NCBI RefSeq assembly: GCF_006345805.1
Contig: NC_043000.1
Location: 148,180,001-148,244,000, forward strand
DNA length: 64,000 nucleotides
Origin: Octopus sinensis
Taxonomy: Eukaryota
Direction: 5' to 3'
In this document: one piece after another, positions 26,221 through 38,844 of the stretch
Position numbering within the stretch: the stretch's first letter is position 1
Layout: every line of letters begins with the position of its first letter
Program-made: the position numbers and the translations under genes
The notes under the pieces: generated by a model
The model's input: only the letters and a program-made list of their open reading frames with translations
What the model was told of the DNA's origin: nothing
Databases searched by the model: none

Positions 26221-27055
26221 TCAAAATAAAGTAATAAATACTAGGATTGATTCTTTTCTCCTCAATATCTTCTGTATTGTTTAGGACTTGGGGAAAAGGG
26301 ACCACTAACTGTAAAACTTTTTATTCAGGACAATCATTTCCATTCTGTTGCAATCGAAGAATATTGTCACTGAGGCTCTGGCAGGGTATAACAAATGATT
26401 ATGTTATTTAGAAAACAGTTAAAGTGGCGAGCTGGTAGAATTGTTAGTAAAAAATAAATAAATGTGCCCTTTTAAAGCCTAGCCAGGCTCATGGGCCCCG
26501 TTTCCATGGCGTACGTGTTCCGCAGCTGGACGGGACACCAGTCCATTGCAGCGTTACTCATTTTTGCCAGCTGAGTGGACTGGAGCAACGTGAAATGAAG
26601 TGTTTTGCTCAAGAACACAACACATCGCCAGGTCCAGGAATCGAAACCACAATCTTACGATCATGGTGCTGACACCCTAACCACTAAGCCACGCACCTCC
26701 ACAGAATTGTTAGTGTGTTGAATAAAATGTTTAGAGTCAATAAAATAAGTACCAGTTGAGAACAGGAGTTGACGTAATCAACTTACCCCTTCTCTAAAAT
26801 CGCTTGCTGTGTGCCAAAATCTGAAACCAGTTAAGGAATCTGTTATTATTGTAGAACAAAAAATAAACCCCCAAGTTTTTGATCCAGTTGTTAGACCAGG
26901 TTCAAGTCAATTCACTTAACTTATACTATTAATAAGGATGCAGCATGACTAAATGGTTAATAAGTTTAGTTTGCAACCATGAGATCTTGGGCTTGATTTC
27001 ACTGCATGGCATTTTGGGCATGTGTCTATTACCATAACCTTAAGTCAAACAATCA

Positions 27056-27350
27056 TGGTGGAGGTACATGGCCTAGTGGTTAGAGCAGCGGACTCGCGGG
27101 TTCGAATCTCAGACTGGGCGATGTGTGTGTTTATGAGCGAAAACACCTAAGCTCCATGCGGCTCCGACAGAAGGTAATGGCGAACTTCTGCTGACTCTTT
27201 CGCCACAACTTTCTCTCATTCTTTCCTCCTGCATCTTGCAGCTCATCTGCGACGGACTGGCGTCCCGTCCAGGTGGGGAACCTATACACCAAGAAACCAG
27301 GAAACCGGCCCTTATGAGCCAAGCATGGCTCAAGAAGAAGGAACAAAAAA
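27056..27350 (+). mobile_element. tRNA-derived SINE (chimeric head and tail)
   Basis: Head and body like the 42595-42975 copy; tail like the 5428 family; A-rich end. Confidence 0.8.
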
Positions 27351-29511
27351 AAAAAAACAAGCATGACATTTCTTAGTAACATATTAATCAGTTCAACAAG
27401 TGTAGAATAAGAGAGTTAAAAAGTAAAATATTAACTTATTACTCTGAGAATATTCCTAGGTAAGAGGGTTCTATACATCTACCACTCAATTTTGTTACTC
27501 AGAAATAATTAGATTTAGTCTTTAACAAACTGCTCAGCAGAGTTTTTGAGTAGATTCCTACCAACAAATAAATATATTCAAGATTGCTAGGTCATTAAAT
27601 TCTTCCAGTTCCAGACTCTCAGATATCTTGTGACTATTAAAATATCACTGTACTTTGATTATGAGATAGCATATTCAAGAAAAATGCTCACTAACAGGCA
27701 ATCCTGAGATATCTTGCAATAGTACCTTCTTATATATTTAGTTGTCATGTTAGATTTTAATAGCAAATATTTTACTATTATTGGTAACTTCTGGGTTTTT
27801 TCTTTTTCTTTTGCTCATAACTGGTACTTATTTTATTGACTCTAAACATTTTATTCAAGTTTAGAGTGGTGACTCTAAACATTTTATTCAACGCACTAAC
27901 AATTCTGTGGAGGTGCGTGGCTTAGTGGTTAGGGTGTCAGCACCATGATTGTAAGTATGGTTGCAATGCTTAAAAAGTTTGCTTCCTAACTACATGGCTT
28001 TGAGCTCAACTCCACGTCTTCTACAATAGCCATGGGCTGACCAAGATCTTTAAGTGGGTTTGGTGGACAGAAACTGAAATAAACTAATCATATATAAAAC
28101 GTTTGTGTCTCTTTGTCTTGACATCATATGATGGTTGTAAAGCCAGTGTTACTCATTGTAAAAGCAGTGTTGTTTGTTTTCAGCCTTTTAGAAAAGCATG
28201 GTGAATATTACATTGCTTGGAAAGAGGAGGGGCATCTGACTCAGAAAATCTGCCTCAACAAAGTCAACCTGGCCCATGCACGCGTGGAAAAGTAAATGAC
28301 CCTGAGTTAAATGTGAAAGCTTTGTCTCAGGGTGTTAGCAGTATAGAAAATGAAATAAAAGAGGGGAATATAGATAAACAAATGGAGAGACCCATGCATC
28401 ATCATCATCATTCAACGTCCATTTTCCATGCTGGCATGGGTTGGACTGATTGACAGGAGCTGATCAGCTGAAGGGCTGTTCAGGCTCCATGTCTGTTTTG
28501 GCATGGTTTCTATGGCTGGATGTTGGTAATATTTACAGCAATACATATTGCCATACAGTTGTGACCATCATATTGTTCTTTTTGAGTCTTTCCCATGTCT
28601 GCTTTATCCTCTAAATTAATTTTTGAAAAATTTTTTCATGCAAGTTTCAGAACTTGCATAAACATTAGAAATACATTCTATAAGTGTACTTGTTCCTGCA
28701 GTATTCTCAGTAATTAAAATACATCTTTGGCCAATAATTTAGAAAAGAAAATCTGTAAAAACCATTTATAACAGGATATGGGTCACTGGAGATATTGATT
28801 GCTTACAACCAATCATACATAGCTAATTTTCCTAATATTTATGGGATACTTTTTACTCTTTTACTTGTTTCAGTCATTTGACTGCAGCCATGCTGGAGCA
28901 CCACCTTTAGTCGAGCAAATCGACCCCAAGACTTATTCTTTGTAAGACCGGTACACACCAGCATCGGCTGTCAAGCAATGTTGGGGGGACAAACACAGAC
29001 ACACAAACATACATATATACGATGGGCTTCTTTCAGTTTCCATCTACCAAATCCACTCACAAGGCTTTGGTCAGCCCAATGCTATAGTAGAAGACACTTG
29101 CCTAAGGTGCCACACAGTGGGACTGAACCCGGAACCATGTGGTTGGTAAGCAAGCTACTTACCACACAGCCACTTCTGTGCCTATACAGATGTTGACTTA
29201 GTTAAGCTTTTTTCTTTTGTTATTAAGATTTAGATTCTTTGTTGTAGATTTTGTATTTTATGCTGCTAGATTTCTTTTTGGGTTCAATATTTGCATTACA
29301 TCTTACTAAAAAACATTCATGTTTTGCAGCCTTTATCAGTGTTTATTTGCAAATGTTTTGAAAATTTGCTTCAGACACAAGGCAGACAACTCATTCTTCT
29401 ATTTTGGACTTAAATCATTAACAAAATACATCACAAAGACTGATTTAACTGTGTCACCACCCTTGATTCTTAAAAAAATAACAGGAGGAAGAAAGAACAG
29501 AAAGTAAAAGA

Positions 29512-30385
29512 TATAAAGAATGAAATGTCTAGAGAATGAACATAGCCTTGTTGACTTCAAAATGCTTGACTGCCAGATGTTTTGAAGCTTGTTGTAGGCT
29601 CTCCAGGTTGGCACCTTTGTATATAAGAAAATAATTCTTATTATCAGCAACATAAGAACAAAGGTACTTGAAGTTACTGACCTCCTTGGATTGTGTGCCT
29701 TTGTTAGAATAAATCAGCCAGTGGTTTTCACAATCACTGATGGCCATGTATTCAGTCTTCTTTGCTTTTAGAAACACTCCAACTTTGACTGCAACATTGT
29801 CAAAGAATGTTAACAAGTCTTAAGCATCACACAGTCGATTAGGTGTTATGAGTAAAGTCATCATCATTGTCAAGGATCAGAGACATTCAGGTTTTGATCA
29901 CCTCTGTTTGAGAGTAACATTTGTTTAGGTTGGTTTGCTTTGGAGCATCTGTACACAGCATTCTTTATGGAGCCAAAACCTAGACAAGGAAAAAGGAGCT
30001 ACAAAATTATTCTGATGGTACATACACTATGCTTCTAAAGAAGACTGAAAACATTTTATGGTATGAGCACAAGAACAAAGACGAGATTTATGGACATGTT
30101 TCACCAATCTCTACTACTGTTGCTCAATACAGGATAAACTTTGCTATTATGCTGAACACAAGGCCATATTAAGTGTTATATTTTGGAGATTTCCCTACCC
30201 TAACAGTGAGCAAAGACCACTTAAGTACATTGACGTTATTGGCAGAGATACACAGCATGAAATTGGGGACCTACCAAAGCTAATAGGAAACAGATTCCTA
30301 GCATGGTACATCAAAACACATCTCAGCTGCAGGTGCTTGAAGAGAAGAATTGACACAGCAAAAGACAAAAATGGATGATGGAAGT
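29512..30385 (+). mobile_element. RTE-clade LINE relic with inverted 5' segment
   Basis: Minus part (29512-29960): LDNDDD (decayed YADD), KKTEYM, NFKYL, AWRAYNKLQNIW. Plus part from 29960: ILYGAKT…RPLKYIDVIGRDT. Confidence 0.75.
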
Positions 30386-31092
30386 ACCATGGTTGTATGA
30401 AACATGGTTTCTCAAAGACATAAGATTGAAACTGGGTAAGCAGCAATGTCACAAAGCTCATTACAAATAAATATGGGAAGCAAGCAAGGCTGAAATTAAA
30501 AACATTACCGATGGTAACCTTGTTAAAATGACCAAATAAACTGGCAGCTCATGCTAAATTTGAATGAAATGAAAGAGAATTGCAAGCCAAAAGAAAATCA
30601 ATTGAAACAAGATTTCAATGAGATTCACTTTCTGAACAAAAGTTGAACATTTGACATTTGTCACTAAATTATAAAAATAAAATTTTCTAGTTCCTTTTAA
30701 TAATTGGCAGAGGTCATCCGTGCCGATGGCACGTAAAAAGCACCATCCGATCGTGGCCGTTTGCCAGCCTCATCTGGCACCTGTGCCGGTGGCAAGTAAA
30801 AAGCACCCACAACACTCACGGAGTGGTTGGCGTTAGGAAAGGCATCCAGCTGTAAAAACACTGCCAGATCAGACTGGAGCCTGGTGCAGCCTTCTGGCTT
30901 CCCAGACCCCAGTTGAACCGTCCAACCCATGCTAGCATGGAAAGCGGACATTAAACGATGATGATGATGATGATGATGTTATGTGCGAAGGAGAACCAGC
31001 AGATGGGAATGTAATAAAAAGCAAAGCACATTAGTATTATTTCAGAATGGTTTCTTCTCTTATCTTTCAACAGCTTAATTACAATCCAAAGT

Positions 31093-31404
31093 TTATACAC
31101 TTATAGTTCTAAATACATTGAAGCCATCAATGGCTGTACTAATGACCACACCGGGCATTTGCCAATGCCAATGCACTTCTTTGATTTCATTTTGTCCTTG
31201 GTGTATAAAAAGCAATTGTGCTGGGATGTTTTCATCGTCTTTGCTACTGCTCTCATCTTCCGTGTCCCTTTCAACAGCCATATCCCACAGAGATATCATG
31301 TTGTCTTCACCAGATGCTGCAAACACACTGTTGTCAGTTGGATGCCATTCCACTGATGTGATAGGTGCGCTATGGTGCTTGAATACAGCACTTGGTTTTT
31401 GATG
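31093..31404 (-). CDS. GRWD1: GRWD1 exon 6 (last): HQKPSAVFKHHSAPITSVEWHP…GFNVFRTISV*
   Basis: tttcag acceptor; WD40 motifs, QLLFIHQGQ and C-terminal FRTISV as in GRWD1/Rrb1. Confidence 0.96.
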   Translation of the reverse strand, partial: HQKPSAVFKHHSAPITSVEWHPTDNSVFAASGEDNMISLWDMAVERDTEDESSSKDDENIPAQLLFIHQGQNEIKEVHWHWQMPGVVISTAIDGFNVFRTISV

Positions 31405-31462
31405 CTGAAACAGAAGGAAATTTTTTTTTTTAAATTAAAAGGACAAACTATGATAAAACCAT

Positions 31463-32078
31463 TTAACCCTTTAGTATTCAGATTATTCTCCCAAATGTAA
31501 TACTTATTCACATTCTTTCGAATTAAACAATGCACTTGTAGCTTCAAAATTTCAATGACATGATTTTACTTTTATTTTCTTTTACTTGTTTCAGTCATTT
31601 GACTGCGGCCATGCTGGAGCACCGCATTTAGTCGAGCAAATCGACCCCGGGACTTATTCGTTGTAAGCCCAGTACTTATTCTATCGGTCTCTTTTGCCGA
31701 ACCGCTAAGTGACGGGGACATAAACACACCAGCATCGGTTGTCAAGCAATGCTAGGGGGACAAACACAGACACACAAACACATACACACACACTTACACA
31801 TATATACATATATACGACAGGCTTCTTTCAGTTTCCGTCTACCAAATCCACTCACAAGGCATTGGTTGGCCCGGGGCTATAGCAGAAGACACTTGCCCAA
31901 GATGCCACGCAGTGGGACTGAACCCGGAACCATGTGGTTGGTTAGCAAGCTACTTACCACACGTTTATTTTTACAATGACATTGCAGGGTAGGTGTGAGA
32001 GACCAGATCTAACCAGGGTGAACATAAAATGTAGAATATTTTGGCCTGATATGACTGGATTAAATGCTAATGGGTCAA
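31463..32078. mobile_element. piggyBac-like MITE split by a CORE-type SINE (31578-31962)
   Basis: Left end ttaaccctttagt, degenerate right end gctaatgggtcaa; halves align with the 50961 copy. Confidence 0.7.
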
Positions 32079-32878
32079 CCAGTCATAGCATCTAGTACTA
32101 CTAGACTTCTTCAAGATCAATTTGGCACTACTTGACTATGTAGAGCTGAAAATCCATGATTGGATAATCTTCCTTCGATAAAAAGAATTTATATCAATTA
32201 AAGTAATAACCAATTTAGAAATTATATATTTTACTTCTATTCTTTGGATGTAATTCTCTGAAACAGAACAAATCCCATCTGGGTTTGAATATCTTTTAGA
32301 TATATGGTGGAAATGGTAAGCCAGTACTTATTTACATTTGAGATAAAATTCCTAGGTTAAGTAAGTAATGAAGACAGAAAAAGAGATTTGTGTTCATGTA
32401 AAGAGAATGATAAATTAGTATTTTTATAAGTAGTAGTGGATGAAAGTCAAAAGAGTATATGAGATGGTTGAAATTATAAATGAGGTAAACAGTTGAAATA
32501 AAACTAATATACTGTCGTATATATGTATATATATATATGTATTTGTGTGTATGTTTGTGTGTCTGTGTTTGTCCCCCTAGCATTGCTTGACAACCGATGC
32601 TGGTGTGCTTACGTCCCCGTCACTTAGCGGTTCGGCAAAAGAGACCGATAGAATAAGTACTGGGCTTACAAAGAATAAGTCCCGGGGTCGATTTGCTCGA
32701 CTAAAGGCGGTGCTCCAGCATGGCCGCAGTCAAATGACTGAAACAAGTAAAAGAGTAAAGAGTAAGAGAGTATGCAGACTTGAACACTTTGGTTCAAAAC
32801 TTGGTGTTTTCATTAAATATCAAAAAAATGGGCTCGTTTTCATAAACAATCCTGTGTTGGAGAAGACCACTTAATTAA

Positions 32879-33105
32879 TCTATAATATAAATTGGACATG
32901 GGCGATCTTTGTATTCTTTCTTGTCTTGAGGTTCACAGCCAAACAGCTGGGTGGATTTGCATGAAATTGGAATGCGGTTTGTATTTTTTCCCTAGCCCCC
33001 ATACTTATCGAGAAAATCGATTAAAACTTTTCTAATGGAATTTCTGTTTGTTCCGCCATTAAAACAACCAGTTGCTCACACAGCCGGCATATACCATTTT
33101 GCTAG
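32879..33105 (+). mobile_element. Probable non-autonomous Helitron of another subfamily
   Basis: A|TCTATAATATAAA start and CTAG end with a GC-rich subterminal segment; hairpin is imperfect. Confidence 0.4.
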
Positions 33106-34227
33106 CAACACAGGTAGTACAGGATGACAGTCAACCAAACCTTTCGCTATACTGTCTCTCTTCTTTCACCTCTTTGTGGGGTTAATAACCTTAATCTTTA
33201 GTTACAGTTTCTCATTCAAACTACACAATAGGCAGAATTGTCGGATTAAGGCAGTAGGATGTTTTGAGGGAGATTTGGCTGCTATTTCTACCAGGTCTAG
33301 CTACCATGTAGAAATCTGAACTTAATTTTCATTCACATATGCCTAACCAAAAACGATCACAGCCACATCATCCAAACAGACCGAGTGAAACTGGGCTTAG
33401 CTGCTAGTATCAAATAAAAGAGAACTAAAACTATCTGATGCGATGGTTTCTTGAGTTATCTGTGCAATGGTACTTCTGCTAAGATACTAGGAGAGTTGGC
33501 AAAGGCCAATTGTGCTGAGTGCTTATTTAAAAATTCTACTGAAAATATCAATGGGTCACATAGCAGAGTCACAATAGAAATTGTTAGATGACAGTGTAAT
33601 ACCATGCTGCAACAGTTTGGACGATGTAAAATATGTATATGTAAACATTGCAAAAATAAAAATATGTAGAAATAACACTTAGACTGTAGCAATAGTGGAT
33701 GAGGAGTGTCATTAGAACATCAGCCAAAATTCCCTATGCTATTTTAGTTATGCTTTGAATTCAAACCCAATCAATTTTACCTTTCATTTTTTAGGGGTAA
33801 ATGAAATAAAGAACCAGTTTAATCAATTCTACCCATCTCCTAAATTCAAAGCCTCGTGTTAATATCAAGAAATATTTCTAGTCTGTAACTCACGGAGTGA
33901 TTGGCATTAGGAAGGGCATCCAGCCGTAGAAACATTGCCAGATCAGACTGGGCCTGGTGCAGCCTTCCGACTTCCCAGACCCCAGTTGAACCGTCCAACC
34001 CATGCTAGCATGGAAAGCAGACGTTAAACGATGATGATGATGATGATGAACTCTAGCTCATTAGAGATTATTTTAATATGCAGAAGAAAGTTGTTTTATG
34101 TCAGTAATTGTATAAGCTTCTAACTTCACATATAAACCTCGGGTGGTCATCACATTTAAGTGAGCTTTAACAAAAATCACATACAACAATATATGTATTA
34201 TATTTCCAGAAGGAACGTCGAAATAAA

Positions 34228-34640
34228 TATCAATGGAAATAGTAGTTGTGATGCCTGTGCCGGTGGCACATAAAAAGCACTATCCGAACGTGGCCGATGC
34301 CAGCGCCGCCCCAACTGGCTTCTGTGCCGGTGGCACATAAAAAGCACCATCCGAACGTTGCCAGCGCCGCCTTGGCTGGCTTCCGTGCCGCTGGCACGTT
34401 AAATGCTCCAACCGATCGTGGCTGATGCCGGACCCCCCCTGGCACCTGTGCAGGTGGCACGTAAAAAGCACCCACTACACTCGCGGAGTGGTTGGCGTTA
34501 GGAAGGGCATCCAGCCGTAGAAACTCTGCCAGATCAGACTGGAGCCTGGAGCAGCCCCCTGGCTTCCCAGAACCCGGTTGAACCGTCCAACCCGTGCTAG
34601 CATGGAGAACGGACGTTAAACGATGATGATGATGATGATG
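34228..34640 (+). mobile_element. RTE-tailed hairpin-array element, near full length
   Basis: Three to four tandem units, shared core and (GAT)n tail. Confidence 0.8.
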
Positions 34641-34831
34641 GAAACATAAATGAAGGAATATTCAGTGAAAAATAGATCCAGAATCGGATGATTAATACTA
34701 CTTCACAAAACTAAAAAGAAACAAAAACCTCTTAATAAATATAATGATGATGATATGAAAATAATGTCTTATTTACAATATTTATTTTACAATTCTTCAG
34801 AGACATTTAACTTAATTCCCGTTTTACTTAC

Positions 34832-35029
34832 TTGAAATTGGCGCAGATCCCAAATCTTTATAACTCCATCATCCCCTCCGGACACTAAGAAAGGATCGTT
34901 TCGATTCCAGTGGATCACATTAATGTCAGAGTCATGAGCACCGGAACATGTCAGCATACAAGCCTTGGCTGGTGATGCTCTTGCATCCCAAACTTTGATA
35001 CTTTTATCAACAGAACATGAAGCAAATAC
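34832..35029 (-). CDS. GRWD1: GRWD1 exon 5: [17 protein letters not shown]…[16 protein letters not shown]
   Basis: AG/GTAAGT boundaries, 66 codons, two WD repeats. Confidence 0.96.
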
Positions 35030-36189
35030 CTTTAACAAGATGGAAAAAAAGAAAAAAAACAAACATAATATATTGCAGTGTATTGAGGACAAACATGCAG
35101 TGTTTATTTACATGTTTATTTATTTTATACCTACTTCTCAGTTGATTTCCAGGTAAATATAGATGTAGGATGGCTGTGTGGTTAAGAAGCTTGCTTCCCA
35201 ATCATGTGGTTTGGGGTTCAGTCCCACTGCATGGCACCTTGGGCAAGTATATTTTTATATTCTGGGCAAACCAAAGCCTTGTGAGTGGATTTGGTAGATG
35301 GAAACTGAATATATACATATGTATATATATATATAGGATTAGATGGGGATGCCAACCCTTAACAGTTTCTCAAGGGAAGTTATAATTCCAGGAGAATTTG
35401 AAAGCACAGAGCCAGCAGATGATGTGCACCCAATCTGTTTCAGTCATGCTTTCCCCACCTCTCATCTGACATCCAGTCCTCCATCACTCTCCTAACAATA
35501 GTACTATTCAGCTGCTGTAATCATATGACAACAGAATCTGCAAATACTTCTCCTTTATGTTAGTAATTACCTCATTTCTCTGCAACTCTTTTAATACCAT
35601 CCCTTCCCACTTTATTTGAGATTACAAACACATATATACATATATTGCCACGCAGTGGGGATGAACCCAGAACCAGGTTGGGAAGCAAACTACTTGCCAC
35701 ACAAGCCACACCTACATACAAACTTGTATGTAAACCTATATTATACACATACAAATATGTCAAGTTTACCCATTCCTCCAGAGATTGCAGAAATGATTAA
35801 AAACCTAAATTGATTTTCAGTCACACATGTACATACGTGTGACATACATACACACACACATATATATCTTCACGCACACAAGAGATTCTATTAAACTGAG
35901 GATATGGTAGAATACAGTTGGCCAAGATGTGGTATGAAGGGAGCAAGTTTGGCATCACATGACTGTGAAGAATTACTTAACCACACAGTCATGCTTTTAT
36001 CCTAAAATTATTAGCAAAAGTGAAGTTCTTTCACACATCGTTTAGGAATCCAAATCTTCAATCACTCAGTTGTTATACTGAACACAAATATACATTCAAT
36101 CATTTAAACTTTTCTCTTCCAGTGACACAACCTTTAAATCAATAATGATCATTTCTATCCAATGAAGAGACTATAGGATTGTACTGATT

Positions 36190-36730
36190 ATATATTTTCA
36201 TCGAATGGATATTGTAGTTGTGATACCCGTGCCGGTGGGGCCTCACAGAGGAAATGACAAAGACCGAGACCTCTGAGATATGCTGTGACTGTGAAGACCC
36301 GATAAATGAAGTGAGTTCATGGCCTGCTGTGCTAACCTTGGATTGTAGAGTGACCCACTGTGCTTGAGGAGACCTATTGAGTCAAGTACATCAACATCAA
36401 AATAAAAATCAAATGGAAATTGTAGTTAAGATACCCGTGCCAGTGACACGGAAAAAGCACCGTCTGAATGTGGCAGATGCCTGCGCCGCCCGACTGGCGT
36501 CTGTGTCGGTGACACGTAAAAGTACTGACCGATCATGGCCGTTTGCCAGCCTCCCCTGGCCCCTGTGCTGGTGGCACATAAAAAGCACCCACTACACTCA
36601 CAGAGTGGTTGGCATTAGGAAGGGCATCCAGCTGTAGAAACACTGCCAGATCAGACTGGAGCCTGGTGCAGTCTCCTGGCTTTCCAGACACCGGTCGAAC
36701 CGTCCAACCCATGCTAGCATGGAAAACGGA
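36190..36730 (+). mobile_element. RTE-tailed hairpin-array element, longest 5' extent; ends about 25 nt from the GRWD1 exon 4 donor
   Basis: Same core; the 5' motif atggaXattgtagtt…gatacccgtgcc occurs twice; tail truncated. Confidence 0.8.
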
Positions 36731-36755
36731 GAAAGAAAAAAATCAAGGAACTCAC

Positions 36756-36898
36756 ATTGGCTTCTGTGGGTGACCACTGGATGTCTTCTACAGAGTCTGA
36801 GTGGCTGCAGTAGGGAGCTGGTTCAACACACCAACTAGAATCCGATTTTAGCTTCCAAAGGTAAATATTTTTGTTGCAATCACCTGATGCTAATTGGC
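36756..36898 (-). CDS. GRWD1: GRWD1 exon 4: GQLASGDCNKNIYLW…HSDSVEDIQWSPTEAN
   Basis: ttttcag/GTGAGT boundaries, phase 1 to 0; SVEDxQWSPTE motif. Confidence 0.96.
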
Positions 36899-38007
36899 CT
36901 GAAAATGAACAAAACATATAAATGTAATTAATGTGGTTTATGTCTCAAGGTACAAAACTGAAAATTACCAAACTAATTACTAATATATGACGGACAAACT
37001 ACAACTTACTCTACCAATAATAGCTGCTACATAAATTCTAATTGTAGATCTGATCATTAAAGAGATAGATTGGAGCAGAAAGTATATTTCTACCTTTACT
37101 TGAATCAACTATATTTTAATATTAAGCAATATGAATATTTTTATACACTATAATTGCATGTGGGAAGTTATAAATAACAACTGTAGACACATCTATGTGG
37201 TAAGAAGCTCGCTTCCCAGCCATATGGCTCCAGGTTCAGTCCCACTGCATAGCACCTTGGGCAAGTGTTTTTTATAACCCTGGGCATACCAAAGACTTGT
37301 GACTGGATTTGGTAGATGGAAACTGAATATATATATATATATACATTGGTTGAGTGTCTTCTACTATAGTCTCAGGCCAACCAAAGCCTTGTGACAGGAT
37401 TTGGAGACAGAAACTGAAAGAAGCCCATCGTTTATACATATATTTTTGTACCTGCATTTGTTTCCCCACCCTCCACCACTTGACAACCAGTGTTGGTGGA
37501 TTTATTTTCCTGTAACTTAGCAGCTCAGCAAAAGTGACCAATAGAACAAGTACGAAACTTAACAAAAAATAAGTACTAGGGTTGATTAATTCGGCTAAAA
37601 ATTCTCCAAGGTGGTGCCCAAGCTTGGCCACAATCTAATAACTGAAACAAGTAAAAGATTAAAGACTGGTAACAAAATACATAAACCAATAAAATATACT
37701 TTTATGAAGGTGGGTACAATTTCCTATCATGAACATAATTCAGCATTATCTATCTCTGAATTTCTTACTTATATTTGAACACTTTTATTTGATCATATTA
37801 TCAGTTCTGTCTAGTCTGTCTTGAAGGTGAGCCCAAGAAGACAAAACTCAGATAGGCATTCATATATTTGTTTGAGACAGATGCATACTTTATAATCTTA
37901 TTATATTATATAGCAATAATGATAGTTCTATTTCATATAAAAGTTAGATGTATAAAGGGCTCTAAGCTGAAGCAACTTTTCTGTTTAAATTCTAAAGGCG
38001 CATGAGT

Positions 38008-38395
38008 GGCTGTGTGGTAAGTAGCTTGCTTACAAACCACATGGTTCCGGGTTCAGTCCCACTGCATGGCATCTTGGGCAAGTGTCTTCTGCTATAGCCC
38101 CGGGCCGACCAATGCCTTGTGAGTGGATTTGGTAGACGGAAACTGAAAGAAGCCTGTCGTATATATGTATATATGTATGTGTGTCTGTGTTTGTCCCTCT
38201 AGCATTGCTTGACAACCGATGCTGGTGTGTTTACGTCCCTGTCACTTAGCGGTTCGGCAAAAGAGACCGATAGAATAAGTACTGGGCTTACAAAAAATAA
38301 GTCCTGGGGTTGATTTGCTTGACTAAAGGCAGTGCTCCAGCATGGCCGCAGTCAAATGACTGAAACAAGTAAAAGAGTAAGAGTAAAAGAGAGAG
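38008..38395 (+). mobile_element. CORE-type SINE, full length
   Basis: Head, CORE-like box, microsatellite linker and gtaaaagag tail. Confidence 0.85.
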
Positions 38396-38463
38396 AGAGA
38401 GAGGTGCACAAGCACTAACTGGTATAGTGGCAGCATTTTAAAAGATAACAACTAGGAATTTAC

Positions 38464-38674
38464 CAGGAGTGATTCTAGACCAATCTAAAGCATATCCTTC
38501 TCCACGGTGACCAGAAAAATTGAAAATTGGATCTGGAGATAAACAATTCCGGATATAGTAGCTCAATTTCTCTGTATCATTGATGGCTTCATATGGTTTA
38601 GATAAATCCCATATATATACTTTTCCATTCATTGACCAAGTGGCAGCATACTTCTTGTTGTTTATCTCTGTTGC
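38464..38674 (-). CDS. GRWD1: GRWD1 exon 3: ATEINNKKYAATWS…FSGHRGEGYALDWSRITP
   Basis: tttcag/GTAAAT boundaries, phase 0 to 1; GHxGEGxALDWS motif. Confidence 0.95.
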
Positions 38675-38844
38675 CTGAAAGGAAACAAATACTCTATTAT
38701 ATAATAGAAAGTTCATGTACTGACCGAATCAACATCATCATCATCATCATCGTCATAATCACTTAAAAATGCTAAAATGAAATGGATAGGTCAGTAATAT
38801 ATCTTTGCAAATTTTAATCATATAAGCTCGTCTCTAACCCCTAG

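Noticed and set aside
34250-34480. CRISPR-like appearance of regularly spaced hairpin units
   Set aside because: Whole units are homologous (no unique spacers), they occur in about 20 dispersed retroelement copies, there are no cas genes, and the context is eukaryotic.
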